Positions 45,761 through 59,230 are shown, numbered from the stretch's first letter. The stretch: DNA of 64,000 bases from Amphiscolops sp. MND2022 (GCA_964187785.1 OZ076411.1:86614001-86678000), one strand, 5' to 3'. A program made the numbers and translations. The notes: generated by a model from the letters alone, not told the origin.

Positions 45761-48700
45761 GCAGTTAAACTCTAATGCAACCCTAACTCAATGCAACCCT
45801 AATCTCTTCTCCACAATGATAACCTGTGATGATGAAAACATAATTTGAAACTTTTGTCCTGTTGATAACTCGCGTGTTATTTTTGACAACGATGCTTCGT
45901 GCGTAATCTAAAACTCACTGAAAGAAAACATTTGACACCCTTGAATGTTCCATGACTAAATTAAAACAAATTTCGTAACAAATTAACAATAACGTCTTTC
46001 ACTTTTTGACAATAGACTAATTTCCTATATTTGTGGCGATCAAGAGCATCACTTATACCGAAATGAAACACCAAAGGCCAATTCATGGTTAATTTATTGG
46101 GTTTTCATCTTCTTTCATCATCCATGGCATCATGGCTTTTCATCAATGATCATCCATGAATCATGGATATCTTTCCATGATCATGAAAAGATTCTCTGCA
46201 TGGTGTACCATGCATGAATCATGGATGATAAACAATGATCGGTAAACCTAGGAAACGTTTCATTGACCAAATGTTTTAGTTTGGGGTATTTAAATCAGAT
46301 GAAACAAGAAGAAATCAATGGTAGAATGAAATTATGCACATTGCTTATGCTTGGTTTTAAAATAGGTAAGGGTGAAAGCGCTACAACTTACGTCAGTCAA
46401 TAAAACAGCTAGAAAAAGTCATTATTAGGTCAAAATTTAGGCGAATACCGAGTGTACGAACTATGTTACTGTTTATATTATTATTAGCGTCGGTCCCAGC
46501 CGAATATGCTAAATTAACGTGCGTCGAAGAATCAAAATTACGGCGAAGAATAATGTAGAACAAACTGAGTTTTTGTCTGTTACAACTGACTATCGGGGTG
46601 TTGCTTGAGGCAGCCATTTTGGATTTTATAGGCCTTGAAGGTGGAGCTGTGAAGGTGTTTCCGGTTTCAGAGTCAGAATTCCCTAAATTTTGCAAATTAC
46701 AGGTTCTTAACAGTAGGTGCAATTAACTTCAACATCGCCTTTTTGTTTTCAGCTAAGATTTTAGCGAGATCAGACATGTTTCAATTTCGTCAAGATTTTC
46801 GAGTTGCACTCTTGGGGATTTGCTAAGTCCGGCTATGATAATCTCAGAAGGAACATTTTCAACTATTGGAGTTTCATGATCTCCTGCGACTACATCTTCT
46901 ACAGCGTTTCTTTTCTGACTTCTAGTTTTCAATTTCGAACAGAAGGAAGGATATTTTGAGAACTTTGAGTTCAAACTTTGACGTTTTGTCAACGTTAGAA
47001 AAGCAGGCAACAAAGATAATTAATGAACTGAACTGTAACATTTCTACCAAAGTATATGTAGCTCCCTAGAACCATTTGTTCCCCACTTAAAAATCCTAGG
47101 TATCTTAGGAATCAGGTTTGTTCACTAAAAAACTTTGTTAATTTATATCATTTCAGTCCAACATCCCAAATTCAGCTATCTAAACTCCTGGTTGCGTCAA
47201 ATATTTGTCAACTCTGTTGAAATCATTTTTGTTCAGGCTACCACATTTCCTGCTTAAACATCACAATGGCGGCAAATTATGAGTCTACTTAAATTTTATC
47301 GATGAAAGCACGCTGGCGTGAACGAATAGTCAATTTTCAAGTTAAGAATTAGGAACGATCGAGAGAAAAGTATGACTATCAAAAATGGCGATGTAACTAG
47401 AACGGAGCAAAGTAGCTCAAAGGCCAAAATAGTTAAGAGTCAACGGGGAAGAACGAATGATACTAGAATGCCGTATTTGTTGCAAAATACATTTCAAGGA
47501 AAATTACATGCTTATTTTGTCAACATAATTCCAATACATTCGGAACAATTCTTTCACATTTTATCCTGGGAAATAATTATTAACTAAGCGAAACACAACG
47601 AAAACATAACGATTAGTACCATATTGAGCACTTCATACTAAAAAACATAATCATCAATCGTACATGATTTTAACTTGCAAGTTTAACTAGCAACAGGTAT
47701 TTGACTATCGAACAAAAATATATAAAACACCAGCACTTTCAACTAGAAAACTGCAACATTTATAGATTAACATATCATCAATTCGCGAATGACATTACCG
47801 TTGACCTTACAATACTTTTCCAATTATCTACCAAGTCAGATTGAATAACATGTTGAAACTTTCTTTTACGGCCCGAAGGAAAATATTTTATGTAAAGTAT
47901 AATCAACGTAGCTGCTTGAATAATTCTGACGTACAGAATATAAACAAAGAGATTCGATTCTCAAGCACACTTTTCTAGAGATGAAAAACAACTTCACAAC
48001 GTATCTCACAACACAGCTATTGACTAACTGGATCGTTTTTTCCGAACTTAATAACTTCAGCATTTTCTGTAAAAAATATTCTATCCATTTTATGTCCATC
48101 ACGATACATGTGCCGCAACGAACTAGCAAGATCTTGCTAGTTCGATTAACAGCCAATAAAAACGCGTCATTATTTCAAATACGCGTTACGTGTTTTGCTC
48201 GTTACACGGTGTGATTTGGACTGTACACTACGCACTGTACACTGTACAGTAGTGAACTTTACACTATGCACTGTTTGACTAAAATACGGTTCGCTCTCGT
48301 TTTACGGAAAATACACTTTACACTTGATGATAAACTCCACTTTTGCGGCATATGTACCGTAATGTCTAGATCTTCATTCTAATTGAGACATTTTTACAAT
48401 TGCAAAGTAGTGTCTCAGTGTGTATTAAGACTGGCTATAGCTGAGCCGCGGTTGACGGGGCGATTGCGGCGAGCTCAGAAAACATTATATTTCTCTGGCT
48501 AGTGACGTTACAAAAGTTATTTTTATTTGAGCGCAAATTAGCGGTCATTGGCTCGACGCTATTGGTCTGTTGAGCTAGTAAAACAAAATATCAACCTTGC
48601 TGAGGGATGCGTCAGTTACGTTGTATTTATTTGCTAAAGTTACACGCTCGCAATCTCGGTAAATTTTGGCAGCTACTTTGTACCAAATCTGTTGTGCTAT

Positions 48701-49766
48701 TTTGGTTACTTGTTTCATCTCAGGTTGTTTGTTATGTGTTGGGATTGCGGATTTAAATGTTGTTTTCAGTTTTCTTTTGGATTTTGTGTTCTCGTTTCGA
48801 TATTTCGATTGGTATGGAACTAGCCCAAGAGATAAAACCGGAAACAAAAAATAATTATTCGTGAATTGTTAGACCGGAAGTTTTGGTTCGAAAACTCATT
48901 TAGTCCAGTTTTTTGCGCTACTTGTACGTCAGTTTTTATGTTCTTAAGTCTCCTCCAAGTTATTCAGCTTTGTTTTAAGTGAAGTTTAGACTTAAAGTTG
49001 GTTGATACTTCCGAGTTCCAGCACTCGTGTATTTCAATGTTCGAGTGCCAATGTTGAACGAAGTTTCAGCTGACTGAACAAATTGACCAGCCTCAGAGAC
49101 TGTCACTCAACAACGATTCAATGCGAGATTTGTTATTCTAGTATGCAAAATTTGAGTTTAATTATTGAAGCTGGTCTAACCCGACTTTTTTCCCTGAGCA
49201 GAATTTAGCAGAATTTTTTTAAAACTAAAGCTGCAGAAAATGGCTAATGGAGCAGCAGAAACTATTATGAAAGCTAATATTGAGTACTGTTTGGTCAGTA
49301 AAGAAACCATTTAGGTAATCGTCAGTGCATATTGATTTTTTGTTGACTAAACTCCGCTGGCAAATTCAAACCTTTATTTGCGTTTCAATGGTTACGTTGA
49401 AACGCTTTACAATGCAAATGCCGATCTGTCTGTTCTACGTAGTTGCTTCAGTTCATGTTCATTCAGTTTAGAAAAAAAGAAATTATAGAAGGTTTTGTAA
49501 TCACCATATGATAATGAAAACATTTTCATTTGTGAGGTTAACTGAGTTTTGATTCGGGTTTCGCTCCTCTTTCGAAGACCCACAATGCGAATTAGTTCTC
49601 AAGACTAGAAAAATGTCTACGAGAAACGAAAAATGATGTCTTTCATCGTAGCGCGTTTCCACGAAAATTTTCGCCATGAATTTTCGGCATGATTTCTTTT
49701 GTACTACAAATAGTATTGTTATTTTATTGCGAATAAAAAATAGTTTTTACCTTCAATGTTTTTAAG

Positions 49767-50638
49767 GGGTTTCCGTTTTAGGAGAGACGGGGGCAGGAAA
49801 GTCTTCCACGCTTAACCATTTGATGGGATTGAATATGATCGGAACTTCTTCCACTAGATCTGAAACCAGGTCATCGACTGCTTACACAGGGAAACTAGAT
49901 GTGGACGCTCTGGGCATGAGGGGGTTAAAATTGAGTGTTGTGGACACTCCGGGTTTCAATGACACCTCTGGATTCGCACAGGACGCCTGTAATTTGAGGG
50001 CAATCCAAAATTTCTGTGCTAAGCATATAAGCTCAACTTGTGCTATGGCGCACCCAAACTTGATTATACTATGCGTGAGGGCAACCGATAACCGCTTCGA
50101 TGGCGACAAAAGTTGTTTCACAAAAGGTCTCCAAATATTGGAGGCAATGCGCATTATTGACAGCAAGAACGTGAACTTAATCTTAGTAATGACAATGGTG
50201 TGTCAGCTTTCCCGAAACCCAAAGGAGTGGAAGGAAGAGGCCAGTGCAAGAGGAAAAGATTTCAAAAAAGTGATCAAGGAAAAGTTGAATTTAGAAGTTC
50301 AAGTCATTTACATCGAAAACCATCCCTTTGATAATGGACTGGTAAGAATCGGAAAAACAAGCTTGCTACCAGATGGAACGAAGCAACCTGAAAATTTGCT
50401 CCAAGGAATTCTTCACCAATTGAAAGAAAACGGGGATGAGATTGGATACTACACTCTACAACAAGTTTGTGCAGAAGACTCGCTGAAAAATTTCCATCAG
50501 AGTGTCTCGGTGGAAGCCAAGATGGCAGTTCCAGACGGATCCAATCTAGACTCAGATGAGAATCAATGTCTGTTAATTCTTCAAGACGTTTCAGGAGCTT
50601 CTCAGGCAATCAAAAACCTCAAAGAGGAATATGAAAGG
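49767..50638 (+). CDS. Main exon of an AIG1/GIMAP-like (TRAFAC class) P-loop GTPase
   Basis: VSVLGETGAGKSS (G1, upstream of the track start), VVDTPGFNDT (G3), LIILCV, VIYIEN; donor AGG|GTATGA at 50639. A candidate first exon starts at ATG 49240 (exact junction unresolved). Confidence 0.8.
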
Positions 50639-50859
50639 GTATGAGACGTGTTCCATGAGTTCAATATTGACTGGTAAAATCAAATTTTTAGCAGAATCAC
50701 TGGAAAATCACGCCTTGAGAGATGAAACTGAACAATCTTATTCCGAAAAGTTGATTTCAAAACGTAGTTTTAATCAGAGCTTCCACAGTTCCAAAGAACT
50801 TCTACAAAGACTAGATGAAATCTACTATCTTTCACTGAAAACCTGGTGTGCATTAATTT

Positions 50860-51125
50860 CAACCCAAATCATTTCACCCCTCGATCATTTCACACCATGT
50901 TCATTTCAAAGCACGTTTATTTCACGCCATACTGTAATTATACAAAAACGTCTCGCCTTATTTAACAACATAACGACTAAACTTTGATGTTTACTGTCTC
51001 ATTTGAGTCAGCTTTGATTTATTTGTCAGCTTCTGATGTGTGAAAGGAATTTGAGGGGTGAAATGAACGTGGGGTCAAATGAATTGGGGGTTAATCGAAC
51101 GTGGGATGAAATGAACGTGAGTTAA
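50860..51125. repeat. MITE-like element with inverted subrepeats in the GTPase intron
   Basis: atttcac(c/a)cc motifs on the left mirrored by gg(g)gtgaaatgaacgtg motifs on the right. Confidence 0.45.
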
Positions 51126-51231
51126 AATGATACTAATCCTGTAAATTTATCAAATTTCAAGTTTCAAATCTAGGTCGGGGTCGAACTCTTGTTGCAAGAT
51201 TTTGTCGCCAGTTCTTTTCCTTTTATTTCAG

Positions 51232-51546
51232 ATGTACCAAGAAAACAAAACGAATAATGAACTGCGTCAACAGCAAGATGACAAAATAAAGTCTCTAATG
51301 AGCAAAGTGGAACAGAGTGAAAAGAAAGTCAATGATCAAATGAAGATGCATATGAGCGAGAAACTTGATATGGAGAAATATCAGAGAAATATGCAAAAAT
51401 CATTCGAGGACAAAATGAAAGAGGCTGAAATCAGACAACAAGATGAAATTCGACAGCTCAGGATGCTTCAAGAGGCGTCTGATCAGAATAACAGACGTCT
51501 GCAAAGACAAATAGAGTGGATGAAAACAAATCAACAAACCACGTAA
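51232..51546 (+). CDS. Coiled-coil exon of the GTPase gene
   Basis: ttttatttcag|ATG acceptor in phase 0, giving ...LKEEYER|MYQENKTNNELRQQQDDKIK...; Glu/Gln/Lys-rich heptads. Confidence 0.75.
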   Translation: MYQENKTNNELRQQQDDKIKSLMSKVEQSEKKVNDQMKMHMSEKLDMEKYQRNMQKSFEDKMKEAEIRQQDEIRQLRMLQEASDQNNRRLQRQIEWMKTNQQTT

Positions 51547-52042
51547 GTAAGATGGAAAGCCATTATTTTCGACAAAATGAAAAAGTTATGAAAAACGACA
51601 TTTTTTCGAGATGACATTAAAGCAAGTAATATTTAGCCTCATGTCTGGCTTTCAATACTTTCCAATACCGAAACGATCGGGATTCGGTTCACACCGCAGC
51701 GAAAACTGAAATCCTTGACATGATTTTGTGTCAGGGTTTTGACAATTTGGAAGCGTTTGGCTGACATCAAAATCACGCAGTTTTTAATGAATGCGGATTT
51801 CAGATGCTGGGTACACGTTTTGTCTAAAACTTTACGTCTTTCGAAACTTTGTCAATTTTCTTAGGAACTATGCTGCCATTATTTTTATAAAACATCCATA
51901 ACGTTACGTGACCTTTTTTCGGCGTATAAACAAATGCTGATAACATAATACGTCGGGACTTTACCACGAAGCAAACACTTTTGGAACAAAGTGCTCGCGA
52001 AATAACGTGCTAGTGGTAACACCTATGTCGTCACTTAATTGC

Positions 52043-52182
52043 NNNNNNNNNNNNNNNNNNNNNNNNNNNNNNNNNNNNNNNNNNNNNNNNNNNNNNNNNN
52101 NNNNNNNNNNNNNNNNNNNNNNNNNNNNNNNNNNNNNNNNNNNNNNNNNNNNNNNNNNNNNNNNNNNNNNNNNNNNNNNNNN
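52043..52182. other. Assembly gap (140 N)
   Basis: Run of N. Confidence 1.
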
Positions 52183-53327
52183 GTCGGTCTGCCAGCACAA
52201 ACCGCATAAGGTCGAACATTTACACTCACATTTTACCAGTCGAACAAAAGCGGTCGAACTTGCACATAAATGCGGTCGAACATGCACATTCTATCTCTGG
52301 CTGTATGAGGCTAAGACAGATAGTAAAAAACACATGCCTTGGTAGGACATTAACACAAACTTGACAGTGTTGTGAAATAGCTAATTTTATGCACCTTTGC
52401 TCCTCTCCTAATCTAACTATAACGAATTATAGTTTTTTGTTCTAATTTTGGCTGTAAAAATTAATCAATTCTCACGCATTCCTTAGTAAATCCTCCCCCA
52501 TTGGTAAGAACAAATCCAGAAATCCTTGCACTCAATGATTTTGACGTTTGGAATGTTTTTCATTCTCTAAAAACTTAATTCCAGCTTGTATTTCGGAATT
52601 TTTTTAAACTTTCGGAAAACAAAAACATACACAGCAGATGTGTGATCGCTAACATCGCTAATGGCTTGATTTCATCGCTATCGGTACAACAAAATGGGTT
52701 TGCTAATCGCTATCGCTAATTAAAAAATCAGATTTTCAAGATAGTATAAAAAATTGTACTTGAAAAGGAACAAAATTTGAAAACTTTTTGGGAAAAATCG
52801 CCTTGCGTTCTGCACGTCTCCAGGCACACCGAATAACCGTTCGAAAGAAAGTAAAAACCAAGCCAAAGCCAATAAGATGTGTCAAGTTAAAGTTATACGC
52901 ATTAACTTATTGCATTAGGTAATTTTGAATTCTTTCAGCGAATAAAAAAGTTCGTTAACGCTTTAACTTGTCGCTAACTATCGATATCACTAATTCGAGC
53001 TGTATTGTTGCTACCGCTATCGCTGGCACAACTCTGATACACAGTTGGAATCTCTGCTGCAATTATTAGTTCCTTCCTCTACTCAACCCCTAACTCTCTC
53101 GCATTTGTAAGTTCGTTTACCTAACTCCTAATTTGAAAAAAAAATAAGGAAATAGTTAGACAGTTGATGCTTTTAACGCCGGGATTACTTCAACAAATGG
53201 TGAATTCAGGAAACTCAACTGAATAAGCAGAAGCAATAACTCAACAAAGTCTGTTTTAAAATTTTTCAAATTCATTGAACAAGTGAAAAAGTTTTGAATT
53301 GAAAGTCTTTGGTATTGCCTCCAGTTT

Positions 53328-53810
53328 TCATTTTCTTGCATCGCTGACCTGCATATTCCTCCTTTTGTCCTTGATATCCTGCCACTTTTGTGCATGAGGA
53401 TACCTCTTCATTGCTTCCAAACAGACATCTTGTCCGGGCAGACGCCCTTCCATCATTTCTTTTCGAAATTCCTTTCTCAATGCCTTTTCTTGATCTTTCG
53501 GCCATTGTCGTCTGGTGGCACCTTTTGGCCTTCCAGCAGTTGTTCTCTTCTTTTTCTTGGGCCTTCTTTGTTCGGGCTCTTCCTCAGAACCATGGGAAGC
53601 TTCATCTGCTTGGAATGAAGCGTCATCGTCTAAGTTTTCTTCCTTGTCGTTGTCGTCGTCATCATCATCGTCATCATCATCGTCATCTTCATCAAACTCA
53701 TCCTTCTTCCCTTTCTCTTTGGTTCGTTGTGATGTGCTGCCGCTTGAAGTCGCCTTCGAGGAACTCGGAAGATTTGAATCAGCAGGAGTTTCTACGTCTT
53801 CACCTGCATC
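53328..53810 (-). CDS. Terminal exon: poly-Asp tract, NLS, GRP (AT-hook-like) motif and Myb/SANT-like helical domain
   Basis: actttccag| acceptor then 160 open codons: ...DEDDDDDDDDDDDDNDKEE...RRPKKKKRTTAGRPKGATRRQWPKDQEKALRKEFRKEMMEGRLPGQDVCLEAMKRYPHAQKWQDIKDKRRNMQ...*; absent from the ORF track because it has no start codon. Confidence 0.65.
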   Translation of the reverse strand, partial: DAGEDVETPADSNLPSSSKATSSGSTSQRTKEKGKKDEFDEDDDDDDDDDDDDNDKEENLDDDASFQADEASHGSEEEPEQRRPKKKKRTTAGRPKGATRRQWPKDQEKALRKEFRKEMMEGRLPGQDVCLEAMKRYPHAQKWQDIKDKRRNMQVSDARK

Positions 53811-53883
53811 CTGGAAAGTTCAAAATTGGGGAAATTATGACACGAATACGTGATTTTGCTTGCAGCTTTTCGAAGAGCAAACT

Positions 53884-54545
53884 TCTCAAACACCGTATGC
53901 TACTATTTCAACAAAGAACTCAAGAAACTAAACTCCGACACTTGTTTGATTGTTAATTCAATTCGAAGTGAAATCAGTATTCTCAAACACCGGGCGTTGC
54001 TATTTCAACAACGAATTCAAGAAACTAAACTCCAACACTTTTTTAATTGTTAATTCAATTCGAAGTGAAATCAGTATTCTCAAACAGCGGGCGTTCCTAT
54101 TTCAACAACGAATTCAAGAAACTAAACTCCGACACTTTTCAATTGTTAATTCAATTCGAAGTGAAATCAGTATTCTCAAACACCGGGCGTTGCTAATTCA
54201 ACAACGAATCCAAGAAACTGAACTCCGACACTTGTTTAATTGTTTATTCATTTCGAAGTGAAATCAGTATTCTCAAACACCGGGCGTTGCTAATTCTACA
54301 AAGAATTCAAAAACCTTAACTCCGACACGTTTTTTAACTGTTAATTCAATTCGAAGTGAAATCAGTATTCTCAAACACCGGGCGTTGCTATTTCAACAAC
54401 GAATTCACGAAAGTAGACTCCGACACTTTTTTAAATGTTAATTCAATTCGAAGTGAAATCAGTATTCTCAAACACCGGGCGTTGCTATTTCAACAACGAA
54501 TTCAAGAAACATAACTCTGACACTTTTTTAATTGTTAATTCAATT
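53884..54545. repeat. ~97-bp tandem repeat, about 7 copies
   Basis: tctcaaacaccgggcgttgctatttcaacaacgaattcaagaaactaaactccgacac...aattcgaagtgaaatcagtat starting at 53884, 53981, 54078, 54174, 54271, 54369 and 54466. Confidence 0.92.
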
Positions 54546-55072
54546 GAGAATGAAGTACATATAAGAATGTGATTAGAATTTCGTAATTCCGTTTGCGAAC
54601 CATGCCGGGACTGAACGAAATTTTGTGACGTCTTCGTTAAAACGGTTAATTCTTTTTCGATTCAAAATGGTGATAAATGCAAGAAACTTTGCTATAGCTA
54701 CATAATAGAGTGTGTGCATGCATAAATTTATTGGAAGATCAATAAATCATTGCAAAAAATGATTCATTAGAAAGCTTTTGACTTTACATATTTTATTGGC
54801 AGAAAGCAATAGATAAAATTTATCATACCATGTAAAGAATTTCTCCATTTTGAGACGTTCTGTTTACTGCTATTAAATAAATTGAACGAAAGAGCAACGA
54901 CCGGTGCTGAGAACACTATTTGATGAACCAAACAAAAGAGCAACGCCCGGTGCGGAGAATACTGCTAATAAACAGCGTCCAGTTGATATATATGATGCAA
55001 AACTCAAAAATTATATTCATGTTATTTGTGCGGGGGGTCTTGACTGAATTATTTTAGAAATACAAGAAACTT

Positions 55073-55625
55073 TGCTAAGGCCTACATACTTTTTCTATTC
55101 TCAAGCCTTTGAAAAAATGATTGGACTTATTCCAAAAAAAATTAAACTGAATAGAATTAGTTAGACTTTCAGTTTATTGTTTTAGGTAATTTCTTTTTCG
55201 TTTCATTTTACTTTTTGGCTTGGGGGGGCTTGGTGTAAGAATAATACTTTATGAATGAAATAAACTGCTAAAGCATACATATTTCCTCCATTCTCAAGCC
55301 TTTCTAAAATTGATTGGACTCATTCCAAAAAGTAAATTAAATAAACTATTGAGAGTTTCATGAGTTTCATATTATTGTGTTAGGTAATTTCTTTTTCGTT
55401 TCATTTTACTTTTTGGCCTCGCGGGGGGGGTGTGTTGAATAAATTACTTTATAACTGCATAAAATTTCGCCAATGCATATACAATTTTTTCATTCTAAAA
55501 TTTTCTTGAAATTGGTTGAATTTATTCCAAAAAACTAAGTGAAATGTCAAGACTTCAAGTTATCCATGATCACTATTTTCCATTTTTTTTTTCGTTTTAT
55601 CCATGTTGCGTGGGGGGGGTTCGTT
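55073..55625. repeat. ~195-bp tandem repeat, 3 copies
   Basis: Recurring cattctcaagcc...attggacttattccaaaaa...taggtaatttctttttcgtttcattttactttttggc...ggggggg blocks. Confidence 0.75.
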
Positions 55626-58589
55626 GATAAACTAATGCGTAAAAATTACTAAAAAAAACTTTTACTACAAAAGGTAGAACATTGTGTGAAAATTCTTCCT
55701 TAATACTTGTGGATGGTTCACAGTGATATCTGATACTCGTCGGACGTTCAATTCATCTAGTGACGTCATTTTGAACTATTTGGAATGCTTATTCGCCTCG
55801 TGAGTTAATACATTGTTCCTTTGTCGAAAGAAGCACTGATGACACACTCGGTCACCGCGACAAGGTCGGACATAGAATTGACCTCGGAATTGACCAATCA
55901 GAGAGCAGCATCACTTTTCGCTCACTTGGTCGAATTTACACAGGAATTCGTTCAACCAATCAAAAACGCCGGATTCGTGACACTCTTTCGCCGCTGGTCG
56001 GCGCTATGAAAATGTATAAAATCTAACATTTTGTCACTTGGTAGGACAAAGTCTTAAATTAATCCTGAGGCCATTTGAAGCATTTTCCACTATTCAGAAT
56101 AGCATGTTCGACCAATTATGACCCACGAAGTGCGGGTTCGACCAAGTGCTAGGCAAAAAATCGAAACCTCAATCATCATACCACCTGAACAAGTCAAGTC
56201 TGGTCATCATGTTCATTGTTTTGAAAAGTGAATCTTACAAAGATCGTCTGGATTTCATTTGTGAAGGCAAGCACTGAGCGTTTGTTACGAGACACCAGAA
56301 TGTAGGAACAGGTACCATGAAAATGGTCCGGGACAAACCACCATGACACCCGCTCATTTTACCTCCTCTAGTAGAGGTTGCCGGTCCCGATGAGGGGGAA
56401 CCGTCTTAATGGACGCTCTGTGGACTGATACCAGTCTGTTACTGCTAAGAATCACGGGATTTGCACTGCGATTTGCATCCACCACGTAGATATCTCATGA
56501 AAAACTGTTTGTGTGTTTGAATCTTTTCATACGTAAATGGAACATGTATCGAAATAACAACAGCCCTCGGGCGTATTTCGATCTAAATACATAATAGAAC
56601 ACACAAATTAAGATAATTTATTCAAATTCGGCGAAATTGTGGAAATTGGGTTGTCGTGGCACCAGCGCTCGAGCTGGACACAACCCCGGACACGGGCAGA
56701 TTCTTTGAGCTGTCTTCAGAAACTCTGGGTTCAGTACCGAAAAATACAGGATTTTCCGGGCAACACCGTGGTATGGATCGTTTTTAGCTTTCATCTACCG
56801 TCTGTTTTCTCGGTCGTATCGAGAGGTGGCTTTCTTGATGTTTGCTCTGCAATATTCTGGAAGGTACTTCTTCGAAAACATGCTCAGCATGCCACGTCAG
56901 TTTTGAGCGAAATTTTCCAAATCCGTCAAAATTTCGTCTGGTCAAAGGATGCCGTTACACCACTCCCTGGATCTCTGGCTTGTCGTCCCTGGCAAGCATC
57001 TCAGGACCTCGTTCACGAACGGGGTTCCTTCCACTGCTGTGGATACAGTGCTAGCTGTCGTATAACAAGGATGAATCCTTGTTTGCCATCTGCATCTCTA
57101 GCGCCGTCTATCATCCTACTGTTTTTTACCTCACGACTTCGTTTTCCTACATGAACGACAATTTTTCTAGCACCAGCTCGAGAGCTAGGATTGTTGTGTA
57201 GCATCTACAATTTTCGAAGCACTTTCAGAGGTAAATTTTTTTGGCGGTTATTGCCAGCTAGAAGATATTTTGACATCAGTTTTTTTACCTAAAGTTTTGC
57301 AGTTTTCATGTCAAAACTTCTGTTTCTTAAGAACGCGCAGGCTCCGCGACTACAAGGACAACTGATAGAGTTCACACGAGACAAGAATAGTGCTACAGCT
57401 TGGGGTAAAAGCTTCTTCTCTTGCCTTTCCCACTTTTGGACTCATTTTTGCCAACACCGCGCGGGGTGCGAAGGAGCAACATCAAAGAGGTTAATTTGTA
57501 CACTATTTCTTTTTAAACCGTGGTTGAGTTTGGTCATTCAAGCACGCGAGGCAGGCGCAGTCTGAGGGAGGCCATACACCCGCGGCACAAAATGAATACA
57601 GACTAAATATGTAACATGTACTAAAAATGCTCCCCAGACGTAAGCACCATTAAGTACATAATGGCAACAAGTTTTGCAAGAGTTCATCAGTTTATTGACA
57701 GCTTTCCGGTGAGCCCGTCAGCTCACTTACCTTGTTTTGGCATGCTTTACTGCACAGCAGACTTATGTCGACTGCAAGCGGTTACTTCTGAAGCAGAGAA
57801 ATCTTCGCCCACGGAAGCTCGGCGTCTAGGTGACGACACCAAAGTCTCTGTATCTGTGTCAAGAGTTAAGCCGTCGATTGGTTAAACGAATGCAGCCATC
57901 GTGGTAAGTTCTGCGGCCTGTTCCCCAGATTGTACTGGCGTCAAGAGCTGATCCACTGGAGCAGAGGGCTCTTCGGCGTTAGCAGGAGCATCTACAGTCA
58001 ATGGCTGAGTCAGGGACATAGCCATCGTTGGAGTCCGGTTGTGTGGCTGAGCTAGTGCCCGAGCACACTCAGCTTCAGCTCTGCTAGCGGCAGCTACGGC
58101 CAAACGTTTCGAGAACCGGTCAGGTTGTTTTCAGAGTCCGCTAGCTCGTTTCCAGTCGTCGAAACCGGCAATTTCTAATTTGAGGCGCTCATCTACCCAC
58201 GGGGCGCGCAACTCTGGACCGGTGACCGATTTAATTACATCGTGCAGCACCAGCAACTTTTCGCTTGACATGGTCATCTTGCCTTGGGGTTCCATGCAGG
58301 TTCATAGTGCACAAGTGCCATGCGGCGGGATAAGTCGCGCTGCCGCACCTGCACAGCTGCCTCAATCCAATGTTGCACTCGTGTCCAATAACAGCAATTG
58401 GTGATCCGGGCGTTCTTGACCACGAGCCATGGGACGCACACGAGGACAACCCACAGGCTCTTTCCAATAATGGTTCAGGATTTGGATAAAATTGAAGGAA
58501 TAGTTCGAATTAGCATGAAGACTAGCGCGCAAGCTAGCACCAATCACTTTCCTTAGGAGGTCATCCGACCAGGGAAACCAGAACGATGT

Positions 58590-59230
58590 CCATCCAGACC
58601 CAGAGGAGCATTGTACCAGTTGATAGGGCTATACTCCCGGGGCAGAGCACTTGCATTTCAGAAGCGGGTCATCCTCCATGTCCATATAGGGCTGTACAGG
58701 CAACGCTGCCCTTAGCCCGCCACATTCAGGTCGGGAATAAGTGCTCTCCACTGGCTTCTGTTCTGGGCTGTTTCTTTACACAGATCAAACCACTGTGCCT
58801 CCCACTTCTTCAGCGTCATCTTTGGAGGTTTTATAACTTTCTTCGGCTTTTCACGGACAATTTTTCGCCAGGATTTGCGTACGCCGCAGGGGGGTCTTCT
58901 CCAGTTTTCACCTTTTTCAAACTCAACTACTGCATTAGAAATTTCCGAGGACTTCATACGGAGTACATGTCTTAGCCATTTCAAGCGTCTCTTTTGTATC
59001 GTAGGGGTAAGAGGGTCACATTTTGCAGTAGGAGTGATCAATGAGTTGGGCAGGTCGTGTCCCTTATGGAGTATACGTCGCAGACAGCGGTTTTCGAAGG
59101 ACTGTAAGCTGCTTACGTCGGATTCCTTAACTGGCCAGCTCTCGCATCCGTACAGAACACTTCTCACGCATGTATTGTAGATTTTCACTTTTAGTGGCTG
59201 TGGGATACTCCTCTGGTTCCAAACTCTTTA
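58590..59230 (-). mobile_element. 5'-truncated RTE-clade LINE fragment (RT C-terminus and 3' UTR)
   Basis: KIYNTCVRSVLYGCESW, FENRCLRRIL, RRLKWLRHVLRM, RRPPCGVRKSW, AQNRSQWR match the typical RTE ORF end. Confidence 0.85.

Noticed and set aside
45761-45810. Telomere-like AACCCTAA motifs at the insertion site
   Set aside because: Only two degenerate copies; too little to claim telomeric targeting.
52007-52345. ORFs spanning the N run
   Set aside because: Artefacts of the assembly gap.
53390-53956. 188-aa His-rich and 112-aa Ser-rich plus-strand ORFs
   Set aside because: Antisense shadows of the poly-Asp exon on the minus strand.
53884-54545. Possible CRISPR array
   Set aside because: Whole ~97-bp units are repeated with no unique spacers, there are no cas genes and the context is eukaryotic; it is a minisatellite.
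56700-57200. Possible integrase remnant (GTPFVNEVLRCL...CNG) on the minus strand
   Set aside because: The catalytic residues are not recoverable and the frames are heavily broken.
57700-58470. PHD-like Cys/His pattern and exon boundary on the minus strand
   Set aside because: The ligand spacing is incomplete and stops interrupt the frame.
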